Below, one piece after another: positions 9,035-18,529 of a DNA stretch of 64,000 bases (positions are counted from its first letter, which is position 1; every line of letters starts with the position of its first letter). The notes beneath the pieces are model-generated. The model was not told the origin of the DNA. It worked only from the letters and a program-made list of their open reading frames with translations, and did not search any database. Location of the stretch: IMG/VR virus record IMGVR_UViG_3300033148_007227, positions 1 to 64,000 of that record; one strand, 5' to 3'. The translations under genes and the position numbers were made by a program. Origin of the DNA: a virus.

Positions 9035-9493
9035 ATGAATAGAGGTGAAATAAGAGAGCTTTCTGGCAAAACAATATGGGTAATGACTGGATGTGGAAAG
9101 CTTTATATAACTATAAATCGTAGTGAAAGTGGAAAAATCATAGAGACATTTTTTAATTTAGGAAGGTCTGGTGGTTGTGCTTCGGGATTTTTAGAGACTC
9201 TTGGAAGATTTGTTAGTCTTATGTTTCAAGAATCTGAAAGAAATGAGGAGAAAATTATTAAACAAATGAGGGGAATAAAGTGTCCAAGGTTTGCTTTTGA
9301 TAATGAATATGGAAAAATAGAAAGTTGTATTGATGCTATTTATTCAGTTTTGAGTAAGGAACTGGAATTTGTTCCAACTAGTAAATTGGATGGGGAAGCT
9401 CTTGAATATCAATGTGAGCAATGTGGATCAGAAAATATTGTTTTTGAAGGAAAATGTTATACTTGTATGGATTGTGATTTTACTAAATGTTAG
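9035..9493 (+). CDS. TSCPD-domain protein (NrdJb-like C-terminal part of a split class II RNR) with Zn ribbon
   Basis: TGCGKLYITIN, GRSGGC, MRGIKC, SCIDAI; terminal CEQC...CYTCMDCDFTKC. Confidence 0.85.
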   Translation: MNRGEIRELSGKTIWVMTGCGKLYITINRSESGKIIETFFNLGRSGGCASGFLETLGRFVSLMFQESERNEEKIIKQMRGIKCPRFAFDNEYGKIESCIDAIYSVLSKELEFVPTSKLDGEALEYQCEQCGSENIVFEGKCYTCMDCDFTKC

Positions 9494-9528
9494 TTTGATT
9501 TATCTTGTAAAAGATTAAAAAAAAGAGA

Positions 9529-9912
9529 ATGAAAAGAACCATAAATGAAATTGAATCTTTACTAATAGAAGCAGGTAAGAAATTTAAGAATTTGCAGTTT
9601 ATGGCTGATTATCTAGATATATCATATCAAGTACTTACTTATTGGATAGAGGTGTATCTGGGAATAAGAAAGGAAGATTTTTTCAGAAAGTGTATTTGTA
9701 AGAGAAATTGTAAACTTTTAAAAATGAAAGAAGGTTATAGATATATTGTTGATAAAAAAATTGAAAAAGAAGTAAATTGTAGATGTAGGATAGGACATGA
9801 TAATTTAATAGTTAGTATAGAGGATCAAGACTTGAAAGAATTTTGTTTAAAAAATGGATTTGAAATAAATGAAATAGTGTTAAATGATGAATATGAAATT
9901 AAAGTTAAGTAA
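9529..9912 (+). CDS. Hypothetical protein, possible HTH
   Basis: LQFMADYLDISYQVLTYWI resembles an HTH. Confidence 0.6.
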   Translation: MKRTINEIESLLIEAGKKFKNLQFMADYLDISYQVLTYWIEVYLGIRKEDFFRKCICKRNCKLLKMKEGYRYIVDKKIEKEVNCRCRIGHDNLIVSIEDQDLKEFCLKNGFEINEIVLNDEYEIKVK

Positions 9913-9975
9913 TTGTTGATTTGGTTGTTTTTCAGGTGGAAAGCGCTTTAAAAAAGGAACTTAGTATATAAGTTT

Positions 9976-10006
9976 TTTAAATTTTTTTACTCTAATATGG
10001 TATGAT
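9976..10006 (+). promoter_or_regulatory. Putative late promoter (TTTAAA-T-tract-N-TATGAT)
   Basis: Same architecture recurs in front of 26383, 30185, 32415 and 46362/46521. Confidence 0.55.
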
Positions 10007-10042
10007 AATACTGTATGAAAGGTTTTATAGGGGGATGATTTT

Positions 10043-10273
10043 ATGAGAAATCCAATTGAAAGTAATATTTTGAATGGTGATATCATTTTAAAATTAGCAG
10101 ATCATTTTGGGATTGAAGTACGAAGTAAAAGTGAAAGAATTAAAGTCAAAAAGAGTGATTTGAATAGAATGGAAAAAGTTGGGAACAAAATATATAAGTT
10201 TGGTCATAAAGTTTGGGAATTGAAAAAAGAAGGAGATGAATTTTTTCTGTGTAGATTAAAAGATGAAGAGTAA
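10043..10273 (+). CDS. Hypothetical protein
   Basis: ORF with GGGGA RBS downstream of the promoter motif. Confidence 0.75.
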   Translation: MRNPIESNILNGDIILKLADHFGIEVRSKSERIKVKKSDLNRMEKVGNKIYKFGHKVWELKKEGDEFFLCRLKDEE

Positions 10274-10297
10274 TTTTTTCAAACAAAGGATAGTTAG

Positions 10298-10567
10298 ATG
10301 AATACTGTAAAAAAAGCATTGGATGATTATGGAAAATTGTACTGGTCGAAGTATCTTGAAAATACAGGAATGGACAAACAACTTTTGAAAGTAGCTATAA
10401 ATGAAGTTACAGAATTGGTTAGTATTGAAGATGAGCTAACTCCTCACGATCTTAGAAAATTTTATATAACTCTTGCTAAGAAATATGAAAGTAATGGTGG
10501 TTTGGAGTTTATAAGAAATCTTCGTTCGGATTTAATAGAGTTTGTCAAAAAGGAGATTGAAAAATGA
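10298..10567 (+). CDS. Hypothetical protein
   Basis: ORF with RBS; begins MNTVKKAL. Confidence 0.75.
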   Translation: MNTVKKALDDYGKLYWSKYLENTGMDKQLLKVAINEVTELVSIEDELTPHDLRKFYITLAKKYESNGGLEFIRNLRSDLIEFVKKEIEK

Positions 10568-11964
10568 ACACTGTGAGTGATTTTTATAGCAGATTGTATC
10601 AAGAATCAAAAGAAGTAAAAAGTCTTAATGAAGCTAAAGGATATGTTATTAATCCTATGATAGTGAAAGGAAAGAAATTTTATCAGGATATAAAGAATGT
10701 GGGTGGGGATGATATCTATTGGAGAGAACTGGAAAAGATAGCTTTGAATAGAAAATCATCTTCCTGGACTCTTGAAGATTTGTCTGATCTTCATGGATAT
10801 TTTTCTAGATTTGGATCAGCAGGGGATGTAGTTAGATTTATTCAGGATTACTTGAAACAGGAAGCAGATAAGGTGGATTGGAATGATCTATCTCGATTTG
10901 CCAAACAGATAGATGATGAAACTGATTTTAGAAATGTTGTAAATTATATGAATATCGAAGGTTCTGATCTTAAATCTAAAATTATAAGAAGTTATCTTGG
11001 TGAGTTTGTGCGGGAATATAGAGGTAAAGTTTTGGGAGAAGACTTAAATATTTCGATTAATCCTAATGAATTTGGTGTGGATACAGAAAAAGAAATTATG
11101 GATTCTATGGGAAATGCTGTTACTGAAATTGCAAAAGAAGAATCTGAAAAAATTCTTAGTACAGCGTCTAAAGAATCTAGGCATAAACTTTATGAAACTT
11201 TGATAACTCTTGCAAATGAATACTTAGATGGAGGATTAAATTCTAAACAGTTAATTAAAAAATTAGAAAAAATTGATAGAGATTTAGCTGATGGAGTTAG
11301 ACATCTGGCAGAAGAAAATGAAATTGTAAAGATGATTGAAGAACCTGAAGAAATTAAATATGTAAAGTTAAATAAAAATGTGAAGTATGGAGAAGATATA
11401 CTTGTTGAAAAAGGAAGTGTAGGAAAAGTGATAAAAGAAAATAAGAAAGAAATGACTGTAAGGTTTGATGATGGAATAATAGTAACTTCTGATAAAGATG
11501 ATTTTGAAGAAGTATCAAAAAAGAAAACAAAATCTCAAAAGTATCTGATAAAAGCTTACGCTCTTGATAATGAATCTAGGAGATCAATTGAGCGAGGATA
11601 TTGTATTGTTTGCTCAGGAAAACTGATACCTAGAAGCAGAAAGGTATTATCTTGTTCAAGTTGTAAAGCTATGTATGAAGGTTTGAGAATAAAAGCTCAG
11701 GAAGGGGTATATAACGATTATTCAGGAACAACAGCCAATCCTATTGGAATAGGTAAAGCTGTCAGAATAGAAGGGAATCCAGCTAGTGCTTATTATGGAA
11801 AAATTGGGTTAATAGAAAGAATCACAGAAGACGGCTTTATTGGGGTTAATCTTAGAGATGGTAATTACATAGAAAGACCTGCTGAAGATTTGACTCCGGC
11901 TCCTAAGCAGGATTTTTATAAGAATATTGAAAATATAAAATCTGATGTTGATATGGGGGAATAA
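10564..11964 (+). CDS. Mosaic hypothetical protein (SH3/KOW-like and Zn-ribbon modules)
   Basis: Modules separated by KKKTKSQ and RIKAQ; CIVC...CSSC. Confidence 0.75.
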   Translation: MNTVSDFYSRLYQESKEVKSLNEAKGYVINPMIVKGKKFYQDIKNVGGDDIYWRELEKIALNRKSSSWTLEDLSDLHGYFSRFGSAGDVVRFIQDYLKQEADKVDWNDLSRFAKQIDDETDFRNVVNYMNIEGSDLKSKIIRSYLGEFVREYRGKVLGEDLNISINPNEFGVDTEKEIMDSMGNAVTEIAKEESEKILSTASKESRHKLYETLITLANEYLDGGLNSKQLIKKLEKIDRDLADGVRHLAEENEIVKMIEEPEEIKYVKLNKNVKYGEDILVEKGSVGKVIKENKKEMTVRFDDGIIVTSDKDDFEEVSKKKTKSQKYLIKAYALDNESRRSIERGYCIVCSGKLIPRSRKVLSCSSCKAMYEGLRIKAQEGVYNDYSGTTANPIGIGKAVRIEGNPASAYYGKIGLIERITEDGFIGVNLRDGNYIERPAEDLTPAPKQDFYKNIENIKSDVDMGE

Positions 11965-11967
11965 TAT

Positions 11968-12291
11968 ATGGATTTTTTGATGCTGATATTTCCATTTTTG
12001 GTACTATTATTAAGTATACCTTTAATTATAAAAGCTAAAAAGATAAGAAAGTATCAAAAATATTTGAAAGATGTAGCTGAATCTCTTGCTAGTATAAATA
12101 AGATTTTTATGGTTTGGGTTGTGTACGATCCATTTTTGTTTATATATTTCATGTATTTTTGTAAACAAAGGTTGAACTTGGATGATGACTCTTTGAATAA
12201 TTTGAATTTGATGATTAAAATGGCAAATAAAGTATATGAAGGAAATTTAGATAGAGATATAGAAAGGGAGTCGAGAGAAATGATACATTAA
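11968..12291 (+). CDS. Putative membrane protein
   Basis: Hydrophobic N-terminus followed by basic residues. Confidence 0.7.
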   Translation: MDFLMLIFPFLVLLLSIPLIIKAKKIRKYQKYLKDVAESLASINKIFMVWVVYDPFLFIYFMYFCKQRLNLDDDSLNNLNLMIKMANKVYEGNLDRDIERESREMIH

Positions 12292-12300
12292 GGGCTAAAA

Positions 12301-14841
12301 ATGTCAATAAAAAATTATAATGTTATACATGATGGGGTAGTTGTAGAAGCTTCGGGGGGTTTCCCAACTTCTCATGCTTCAACTCATAAAACTTCTGGTT
12401 CTGATCCTGTAGACCATTCTGATCTTTTTACTGATTATCTGATTCAAGTCTCTTCTGATTTTGTAGCTAATGATAACTATAATATTTATCCAACAATAGT
12501 TGCAGGACTGGCTCGTGCTAATGCTTTGGTTTCTGGTGGAGTACCTTTGGTAGAGGTGCGTGTAAGACCTGGATATTACGAAGAAGAGGGTCTTGAAGTT
12601 CAAAGTGGTGTGGTTCTATCTATGGACCCTGGTTCGTCTCTAGTGGGGCCGTCTGGAGGTGCCTCCACGTATTTGCTTCGAGCAAGCGGAACAGGGAGAT
12701 TAAAAAATGTTCTTGTAATCCCGCAATCAAACGGTCCTACAGGTGTTGGAGTTATTCAGATAGCCCCAGATCAAAACAACACCATCCACGAAAACATAAT
12801 CGCAGTGGTGCTTTGGAAAACTGGATGGGACGCAGTATGTAAGGTGGAAGATGTTACGGGTCATGAAAGTGTGTTAATGTTCAATCTGGTTTTCACATCC
12901 TTGCCCGTCGGCACTGCCCTCCTGAATGTAGGGGGCGGGGGAATTACTTACTATAAGGGTATTTTCTCAGGTGAGCGATCCTTGAAAACAATCAATGGGC
13001 TGGTGGGTAGTACGCAGGAAATAGGATTATTTGAATTTTGTGAGTTCGCTGGCCCTGTGGAACTGGATACATATGCAATCATTAATTGTGGAGGGACGAC
13101 ACCCCTGGATTTAAGCACAGCGATTCTTCCCGATGGTTTGAACCAGGTTGTATATCTCCCTCGTGCGACTCAAATGGAACAAAGCGTTTATCCTGATCCG
13201 TTGGTAGTGGGACCTCCACGTGGATTAGTAAATAATGCACTGGTAAAGATCAATGATGTTACGAATGGGTTGATTCTGGATGTGGGTCAGTTGCGGGACA
13301 ATTTGGGTATACTGATAACTGAAGTCCAGATGGAGTCGGATGTGAGTAGCGGGAATTATGAAGGGCTACTGGTCGAAACGTTCGGGTCGGATTTATCCGG
13401 TATAGACCAATCGTCTGGAAAAACCGAAGGTGTGATTCTGAACGGTGATGGTATAGCAATATTTGGAGAAGATGTAACCATTGACAATTTTGAAGGGTAT
13501 GCCAACACCAGTGCCCTGCGAACAGTGTGGTCGGAGTATCCCAACTCCTTAAATCTAAGCATAAACTTGATGGACAGCGGTGGGGCTGTGGGATCAGGTA
13601 AACACATGCAAATTACACTCGACAACAATAATGCTTCTGGTGTCGCCGTGCGAAGGACGCCCTCATCCTCCGACTTTTCCGATCAGGCAGAAATATTTTT
13701 TTATGCTCGTGGTGATGGTAGTGCTATCGGTCCAAATCATTTCCTGCGTTTGCGGGACAACTTAGGAAATACAATCGTATCGCCAGGCTTTAAGGTCAGT
13801 GCTGTATGGGAACTCAAGCGCATAAAATTCACTGCTGACTTCAGGTATCATGATATCGCATACATTGAGATCGTGGTTGGTACGGTAACCGGGTCGGGAA
13901 ATATTTACATAGATGATATATGGGTCGAGAACATTGAAACGTTTTACCAAGAGGGTATAATTTCTGACTGGAATGATGTGACGGAGGTAAATACTTGGAC
14001 CGAGGATGGAGGTGTTGTTGCTTCCTTCAGCACTGCTGACCCCTATTCCGGTGCTGGTAATATTTTGTTGACAAGTATGCCTTCGGGGACATGGTCAATT
14101 TCCAAAACATTTGCTAGTCCTTTAGCTATCTCCAAGCACACGACTATAGCCGCACGTATGAGGTACAGATGGGATTCTACACCTGCTGGATCAAATTTGC
14201 GGTTGCGACTTGAATTTGAGGATGGGTCAGGCAATGTAATATGGTTCCCTGGCTATACCATTGACAGGGTCAATGATACAGTGCAACTGGAGATCAGGCC
14301 CAATGTTAAGAGATGGGAAACTGTGGAATTTTTCTTCACAGATTATTCATTTACTAATGGATCGGCCTTTGATTGGGATGATATAAGGGGAGTAAAAATT
14401 TTTAATTCTATATCTCCGTCTCCAACTGGTGATCTCCATCTCGATTTATTGGAATTTGGACGGCCATCAACAATCGAATCCACGGAACTCGATATTACAG
14501 GATCGGTATTCACACGGTCCAAACCTCACGCTTCATATAGTAGCAGGGGGGAGGTGGACATTTTCGGGATACTTTATGATGGGGTTGAAAACCGGATCGA
14601 GTTGAACTTCAGTGCTCCTGCAACACCATTTAACCGGAATCTCCCCCTGTCGGATGAGGAAGTTCATTTTGCCTGTTATGATGCTCAGATAAGACGTCTT
14701 GGGTCCCCACCCAACCCAGGGCCAGACGGGACTTATGGTGAGTTTCTAGATGTAACTCCTGATGCGTCATTGACTGTAAAATACCGATTTTATTCCAGGC
14801 TCAGAATGAAGAGTGGTGGGATAACCGTGATATGGGATTAG
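12301..14841 (+). CDS. Putative virion receptor-binding/structural protein with two carbohydrate-binding-like jelly-roll domains
   Basis: HASTHKTSGSDPV fibre-type motif; IDNFEGY...FYARGDGS...IYIDDIWV and FDWDDIRGVKI...LHLDLLEFG resemble galactose-binding-like CBMs; visibly GC-richer than flanks. Confidence 0.6.
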   Translation: MSIKNYNVIHDGVVVEASGGFPTSHASTHKTSGSDPVDHSDLFTDYLIQVSSDFVANDNYNIYPTIVAGLARANALVSGGVPLVEVRVRPGYYEEEGLEVQSGVVLSMDPGSSLVGPSGGASTYLLRASGTGRLKNVLVIPQSNGPTGVGVIQIAPDQNNTIHENIIAVVLWKTGWDAVCKVEDVTGHESVLMFNLVFTSLPVGTALLNVGGGGITYYKGIFSGERSLKTINGLVGSTQEIGLFEFCEFAGPVELDTYAIINCGGTTPLDLSTAILPDGLNQVVYLPRATQMEQSVYPDPLVVGPPRGLVNNALVKINDVTNGLILDVGQLRDNLGILITEVQMESDVSSGNYEGLLVETFGSDLSGIDQSSGKTEGVILNGDGIAIFGEDVTIDNFEGYANTSALRTVWSEYPNSLNLSINLMDSGGAVGSGKHMQITLDNNNASGVAVRRTPSSSDFSDQAEIFFYARGDGSAIGPNHFLRLRDNLGNTIVSPGFKVSAVWELKRIKFTADFRYHDIAYIEIVVGTVTGSGNIYIDDIWVENIETFYQEGIISDWNDVTEVNTWTEDGGVVASFSTADPYSGAGNILLTSMPSGTWSISKTFASPLAISKHTTIAARMRYRWDSTPAGSNLRLRLEFEDGSGNVIWFPGYTIDRVNDTVQLEIRPNVKRWETVEFFFTDYSFTNGSAFDWDDIRGVKIFNSISPSPTGDLHLDLLEFGRPSTIESTELDITGSVFTRSKPHASYSSRGEVDIFGILYDGVENRIELNFSAPATPFNRNLPLSDEEVHFACYDAQIRRLGSPPNPGPDGTYGEFLDVTPDASLTVKYRFYSRLRMKSGGITVIWD

Positions 14842-14850
14842 GAGGTTGGG

Positions 14851-15528
14851 ATGGTTGATATCAAACAAGGTGATAAAACTACGGGAACTCAATTTCCCAT
14901 CATAAAATCAGATGGGTTACATATCAGGATCAAAGGTGGTAATGTAAGTAGAGCGAATGTGTCTATTGCTGTTTTGAAGGTAGACATTACACTAATCGCA
15001 TCCGCTGTAAATTATGTTTTTATTGATTGGGTTGATAATGCAATCAAGGCCAATACTACAGGATTTCCTCAAGTATGCACAGAGCTATATGAGATTACAA
15101 CCAGCACAGATAAAATATTGAGTATTGTGGACAGACGTTCTTTACTGAGAATGTCGGCTCATAGTGATTTTCAAACTTCAGATTCCTGGTTGGTAGAGGT
15201 TACTTTTGATACTGATAAAGATTGGACTGATTTGGATTTATCGAACTTGGTTTCAATTCCATCAGGGGCTACGGGAGTGTGGTTAGAAGTACATGTTAAG
15301 GAATCTGGAGTAATTCCATCTACAACTGCTGTGCATTTGTTATTACGTAGACCTGGAGATACATCACAAAGTCAATGGAAAGCTATATTACCACAAGTAA
15401 GTGATAGATGGTTTACGAGAATGGTCCCTGTTAAACTAGGAGATGATGGAAAAACAATTCAATATAAGGTTAATGTTGAAACTCAAATACAAATTAAACT
15501 AGCTTTGAACGGTTGGATTTTTGGTTAG
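14851..15528 (+). CDS. Putative tail-fibre-associated structural protein
   Basis: GGAGG RBS; beta-rich; WTDLDLSNLVSIPSGATGV and LALNGW fibre-tip-like motifs. Confidence 0.55.
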   Translation: MVDIKQGDKTTGTQFPIIKSDGLHIRIKGGNVSRANVSIAVLKVDITLIASAVNYVFIDWVDNAIKANTTGFPQVCTELYEITTSTDKILSIVDRRSLLRMSAHSDFQTSDSWLVEVTFDTDKDWTDLDLSNLVSIPSGATGVWLEVHVKESGVIPSTTAVHLLLRRPGDTSQSQWKAILPQVSDRWFTRMVPVKLGDDGKTIQYKVNVETQIQIKLALNGWIFG

Positions 15529-15542
15529 TCGGAGGTTATTTA

Positions 15543-15806
15543 ATGGTTGAATCAATTTTCATATCAGTAGTGGGAATTACATTAGCAAGTTTGATAGTTG
15601 CATTTTTTACTAAAACTAATTCTAAATTTAAAGATTTGAAGACTGAAGTGGTCAATAAGGATGTTTGTAGTGAAAGACATCAAGGTCTTGATAATACAAT
15701 CAAGCATTTAGAAAAATTACATGAAAAACAGTTTGAGAAACTTGAAAAAATTGAAACCACATTGAATGATGTGAAAGTGCAAGTAGCTAAAATCAATAGT
15801 ACTTAA
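15543..15806 (+). CDS. Single-TM coiled-coil protein (holin/XhlA-like candidate)
   Basis: ATG 15543 after GGAGG; one N-terminal TM helix followed by coiled coil. Confidence 0.5.
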   Translation: MVESIFISVVGITLASLIVAFFTKTNSKFKDLKTEVVNKDVCSERHQGLDNTIKHLEKLHEKQFEKLEKIETTLNDVKVQVAKINST

Positions 15807-15814
15807 TATATATT

Positions 15815-16219
15815 ATGAAAAAAATATATCAATCTGATAATAATATTTTAATGAATCCTCCAACATGGTTGCCAGAGGAGTATCATGAATGGTGGAAAGA
15901 TTTTTCTTTATATTTTCCATTTCTTATATCACAAGGTTGGAAATTTTCAATTCCTGTATTCAAAGGGTTATTAAAAAGATATCATTATGAAGTTTACAAG
16001 AATATATTTGGAGAATGGAGAAGTAAGTTTGACAGGATAGAAGAAGCAAAGAAATATTTGAAAGTAATATTATCACCTTATATTAGTGTTGATAATATAA
16101 GAACAAGAGATGTGGAAATAGTGGTAATTTTGGAAGAAGATGATGAATATATCAGAAACATCACTCCACAAAGAATATTTGGTGTAAACGTAAACTTTCA
16201 AATTGGAGAAGACTTTTGA
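15815..16219 (+). CDS. Hypothetical protein
   Basis: ORF in operon context; basic leader MKKIYQS. Confidence 0.7.
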   Translation: MKKIYQSDNNILMNPPTWLPEEYHEWWKDFSLYFPFLISQGWKFSIPVFKGLLKRYHYEVYKNIFGEWRSKFDRIEEAKKYLKVILSPYISVDNIRTRDVEIVVILEEDDEYIRNITPQRIFGVNVNFQIGEDF

Positions 16220-17592
16220 ATTTAATGGTGAAAAGTAAAGCATCACCTTTCAGGTTGGATGTTGCTGGAAGAAAAAAACTTTTAGAATTTTTTCAAGATT
16301 TTGATATGGATGGTTATATATCAGATATAAAGGTGAGAAGAATGATTCAAGAACCTGATAGTAAAAAAGGAACTGTGACTTATGGTGTAACTATTAGAGG
16401 TTATACTTCAGGAAATATTGATTTAGAAATTCCTTTAACTTTTGATGCAGATTTGAAAGAATTAAGCATTCCTGTTATAGCTTTCATAAATGGAAGAGCA
16501 ACTTTGATAAATCAAGGATTGATGGACAGTTTATTGTCGAGTTATAATTTTGAAAAGAAGTTTTATCCTGGATGGATGGATGTGTATAATTTAACTTCTC
16601 CAGCATCATATTTTATATATAATAGATTTAATGAAAGATATAGTAATAAAATAGGCAAAAAAATAACGAGAAAAAAAGAGTGGGAAGATTGTGTAAATGA
16701 TTTTTTAATAAATATGCTCTCAGGAAATAAAAGTGTTGGAAGAGTCTTTAAAAAGAAGATTAAAAATATAAGAGGAAGCAACGAAGACGAACTTACAAGT
16801 TTGATACTATCTTTTGGTTCAAGAATAAGATTAAGTTCTATTATAAATATATATGAATATACATTATCAAAAAAGTCAAATATAAATAAAATTTATAACG
16901 AGAATAGAGTAGTAAAGGCTGAAGACTTACCAGAATTTCCTGAATACAACCCATTAGATTTTATAGAAGATGAAGAAGAAAAAGATGAAGACTTACCAGA
17001 ATTTCCTGATTATAGTCCTCTTGATTTTATAGAAGAAGAACCGGAAGAGTTGGAGGTGATTCCCGTTCCTTCGGAATATGAAGAACAGGAATTTAAGGAT
17101 GTAGATATAGTAATTCCAGAGACTTACACTAAGATTGTTTATCCTGAACCTAGAGAATTAATAGAGTTGATTAGACTCTATAGGATTATAAGATTTACAT
17201 ATAAAAAGTTGAATGATGAGTGGGTGATGAGAACAGGAGAACCACATTATCTTTGGTTAACTAAAAAAGGTAATATTATCTGTATCTTATGGGATTATTA
17301 CAGGGGAAATTGGAGAGCTTTTGATATATCAAGAATGAAGGATGTAGAGGTTTATTATAGTGATAGATGGTTGCAGTTAGGACAATTTTTAGAAGTATTG
17401 GAAAATTTCAGACAGGAAGGTGCAGAAATAGGTTATGATTATACGGAGATTTTCTCTCCTAGAGGTCCTTATCACGATAGTTTAGTTTACGTGAGAGGTA
17501 ATTTAAAAAAGATGAATAGTAAGTTTGGTGAACCACTCAGAGGATTAGTGGATAACATGATAGAAAAAATTGAATTGTGTTTAGGAGGGTAA
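16216..17592 (+). CDS. Multi-module protein with C-terminal WYL-like domain
   Basis: IRFTYKK...RTGEPHYL...ILWDYYRGNWRAFDISRMKDV matches the WYL consensus; acidic duplicated linker. Confidence 0.75.
   Translation: MNLMVKSKASPFRLDVAGRKKLLEFFQDFDMDGYISDIKVRRMIQEPDSKKGTVTYGVTIRGYTSGNIDLEIPLTFDADLKELSIPVIAFINGRATLINQGLMDSLLSSYNFEKKFYPGWMDVYNLTSPASYFIYNRFNERYSNKIGKKITRKKEWEDCVNDFLINMLSGNKSVGRVFKKKIKNIRGSNEDELTSLILSFGSRIRLSSIINIYEYTLSKKSNINKIYNENRVVKAEDLPEFPEYNPLDFIEDEEEKDEDLPEFPDYSPLDFIEEEPEELEVIPVPSEYEEQEFKDVDIVIPETYTKIVYPEPRELIELIRLYRIIRFTYKKLNDEWVMRTGEPHYLWLTKKGNIICILWDYYRGNWRAFDISRMKDVEVYYSDRWLQLGQFLEVLENFRQEGAEIGYDYTEIFSPRGPYHDSLVYVRGNLKKMNSKFGEPLRGLVDNMIEKIELCLGG
16921..17009 (+). repeat. 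Intragenic direct repeat (EDLPEFPxYxPLDFIE twice)
   Basis: gaagacttaccagaatttcctga is identical at 16921 and 16987. Confidence 0.85.
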
Positions 17593-17595
17593 AAA

Positions 17596-17871
17596 ATGAA
17601 AAGAGTAAAAGTAAGTAAAAGAATTGCAAACTCTGAAGATTCTCTAGATTCTCTTATAAAGATTTTGGGAGACCTTATTAGTCTTCTTGAGGAAGTATCT
17701 AATGAATATTATAATGATGCTAAAGATTATGAAAATGATGATGATATGAGGAACTGGGCTGAAGGTATGGCTGAAGGTATTGAATATAGTGCTGATTTTA
17801 TTAGAAAAAGGTTAAGATGGAGAGGTATTGAATTGAGTGCTAAGTTTGTTAGAGAAAGGTTAATGAGATAA
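17596..17871 (+). CDS. Small acidic protein, paralogue A
   Basis: MKRVKVSKRIANS leader; near-duplicate of 17884..18111. Confidence 0.8.
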   Translation: MKRVKVSKRIANSEDSLDSLIKILGDLISLLEEVSNEYYNDAKDYENDDDMRNWAEGMAEGIEYSADFIRKRLRWRGIELSAKFVRERLMR

Positions 17872-17883
17872 GAAGATAAAAAA

Positions 17884-18111
17884 ATGAAAAGAGTAAAAGT
17901 AAGTAAAAAAATTGTAAGCTCCGAAGATTCTCTTGTAGAGAGTTTGGAAGACCTTATTAGTTTTCTTGAGGAAACATCTAACGAATATTATAATGACGCT
18001 GAAGATTTTGAAGAAGATGCTGTTATGAGGAGCTGGTATGAAGGAATGGCTAAAGGTACTGAATTGAGTGCTAAGTTTATCAGAGAAAGGTTAATGAGAT
18101 GGGAGAGATAA
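17884..18111 (+). CDS. Small acidic protein, paralogue B
   Basis: MKRVKVSKKIVSS leader; tandem duplicate of 17596..17871. Confidence 0.8.
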   Translation: MKRVKVSKKIVSSEDSLVESLEDLISFLEETSNEYYNDAEDFEEDAVMRSWYEGMAKGTELSAKFIRERLMRWER

Positions 18112-18114
18112 AGA

Positions 18115-18435
18115 ATGAAAAGACTCAAAAAGTTTTCTGGTGCTTGGGTAGTTCCATTTACTGAAGAACGAGCACGGCAGTTGCAGGATATTGTGAATTG
18201 GATTGAGATAGGAGGACTTAGGGATATTGTGGATGAGAAACTATATGATGTATATGGATCAGATGAATTGTTTGACAGTATCGAGGACTTGATTGATGAT
18301 ATATCTGATAAACTTTCTAATTTGATTAGAACTGAAGTTTTGGGTTTGCTTTCAGATTATGATGATGAACCTGAAGGATTTCAGGAGAAACTTGAGCCAG
18401 AAGCTAAAGAAATATTGGAGAAACTTGTGAGATAA
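18115..18435 (+). CDS. Small acidic protein with basic leader
   Basis: MKRLKKFS followed by a D/E-rich body. Confidence 0.75.
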   Translation: MKRLKKFSGAWVVPFTEERARQLQDIVNWIEIGGLRDIVDEKLYDVYGSDELFDSIEDLIDDISDKLSNLIRTEVLGLLSDYDDEPEGFQEKLEPEAKEILEKLVR

Positions 18436-18529
18436 ATGAAAATAAGGAAAGAAATTAAAAAATGAAAAGAGTAATCAAAATTGGTGAAAACTTAAAAATT
18501 TATTGGGATGGTTAAGGGAGGAAAGAAAG

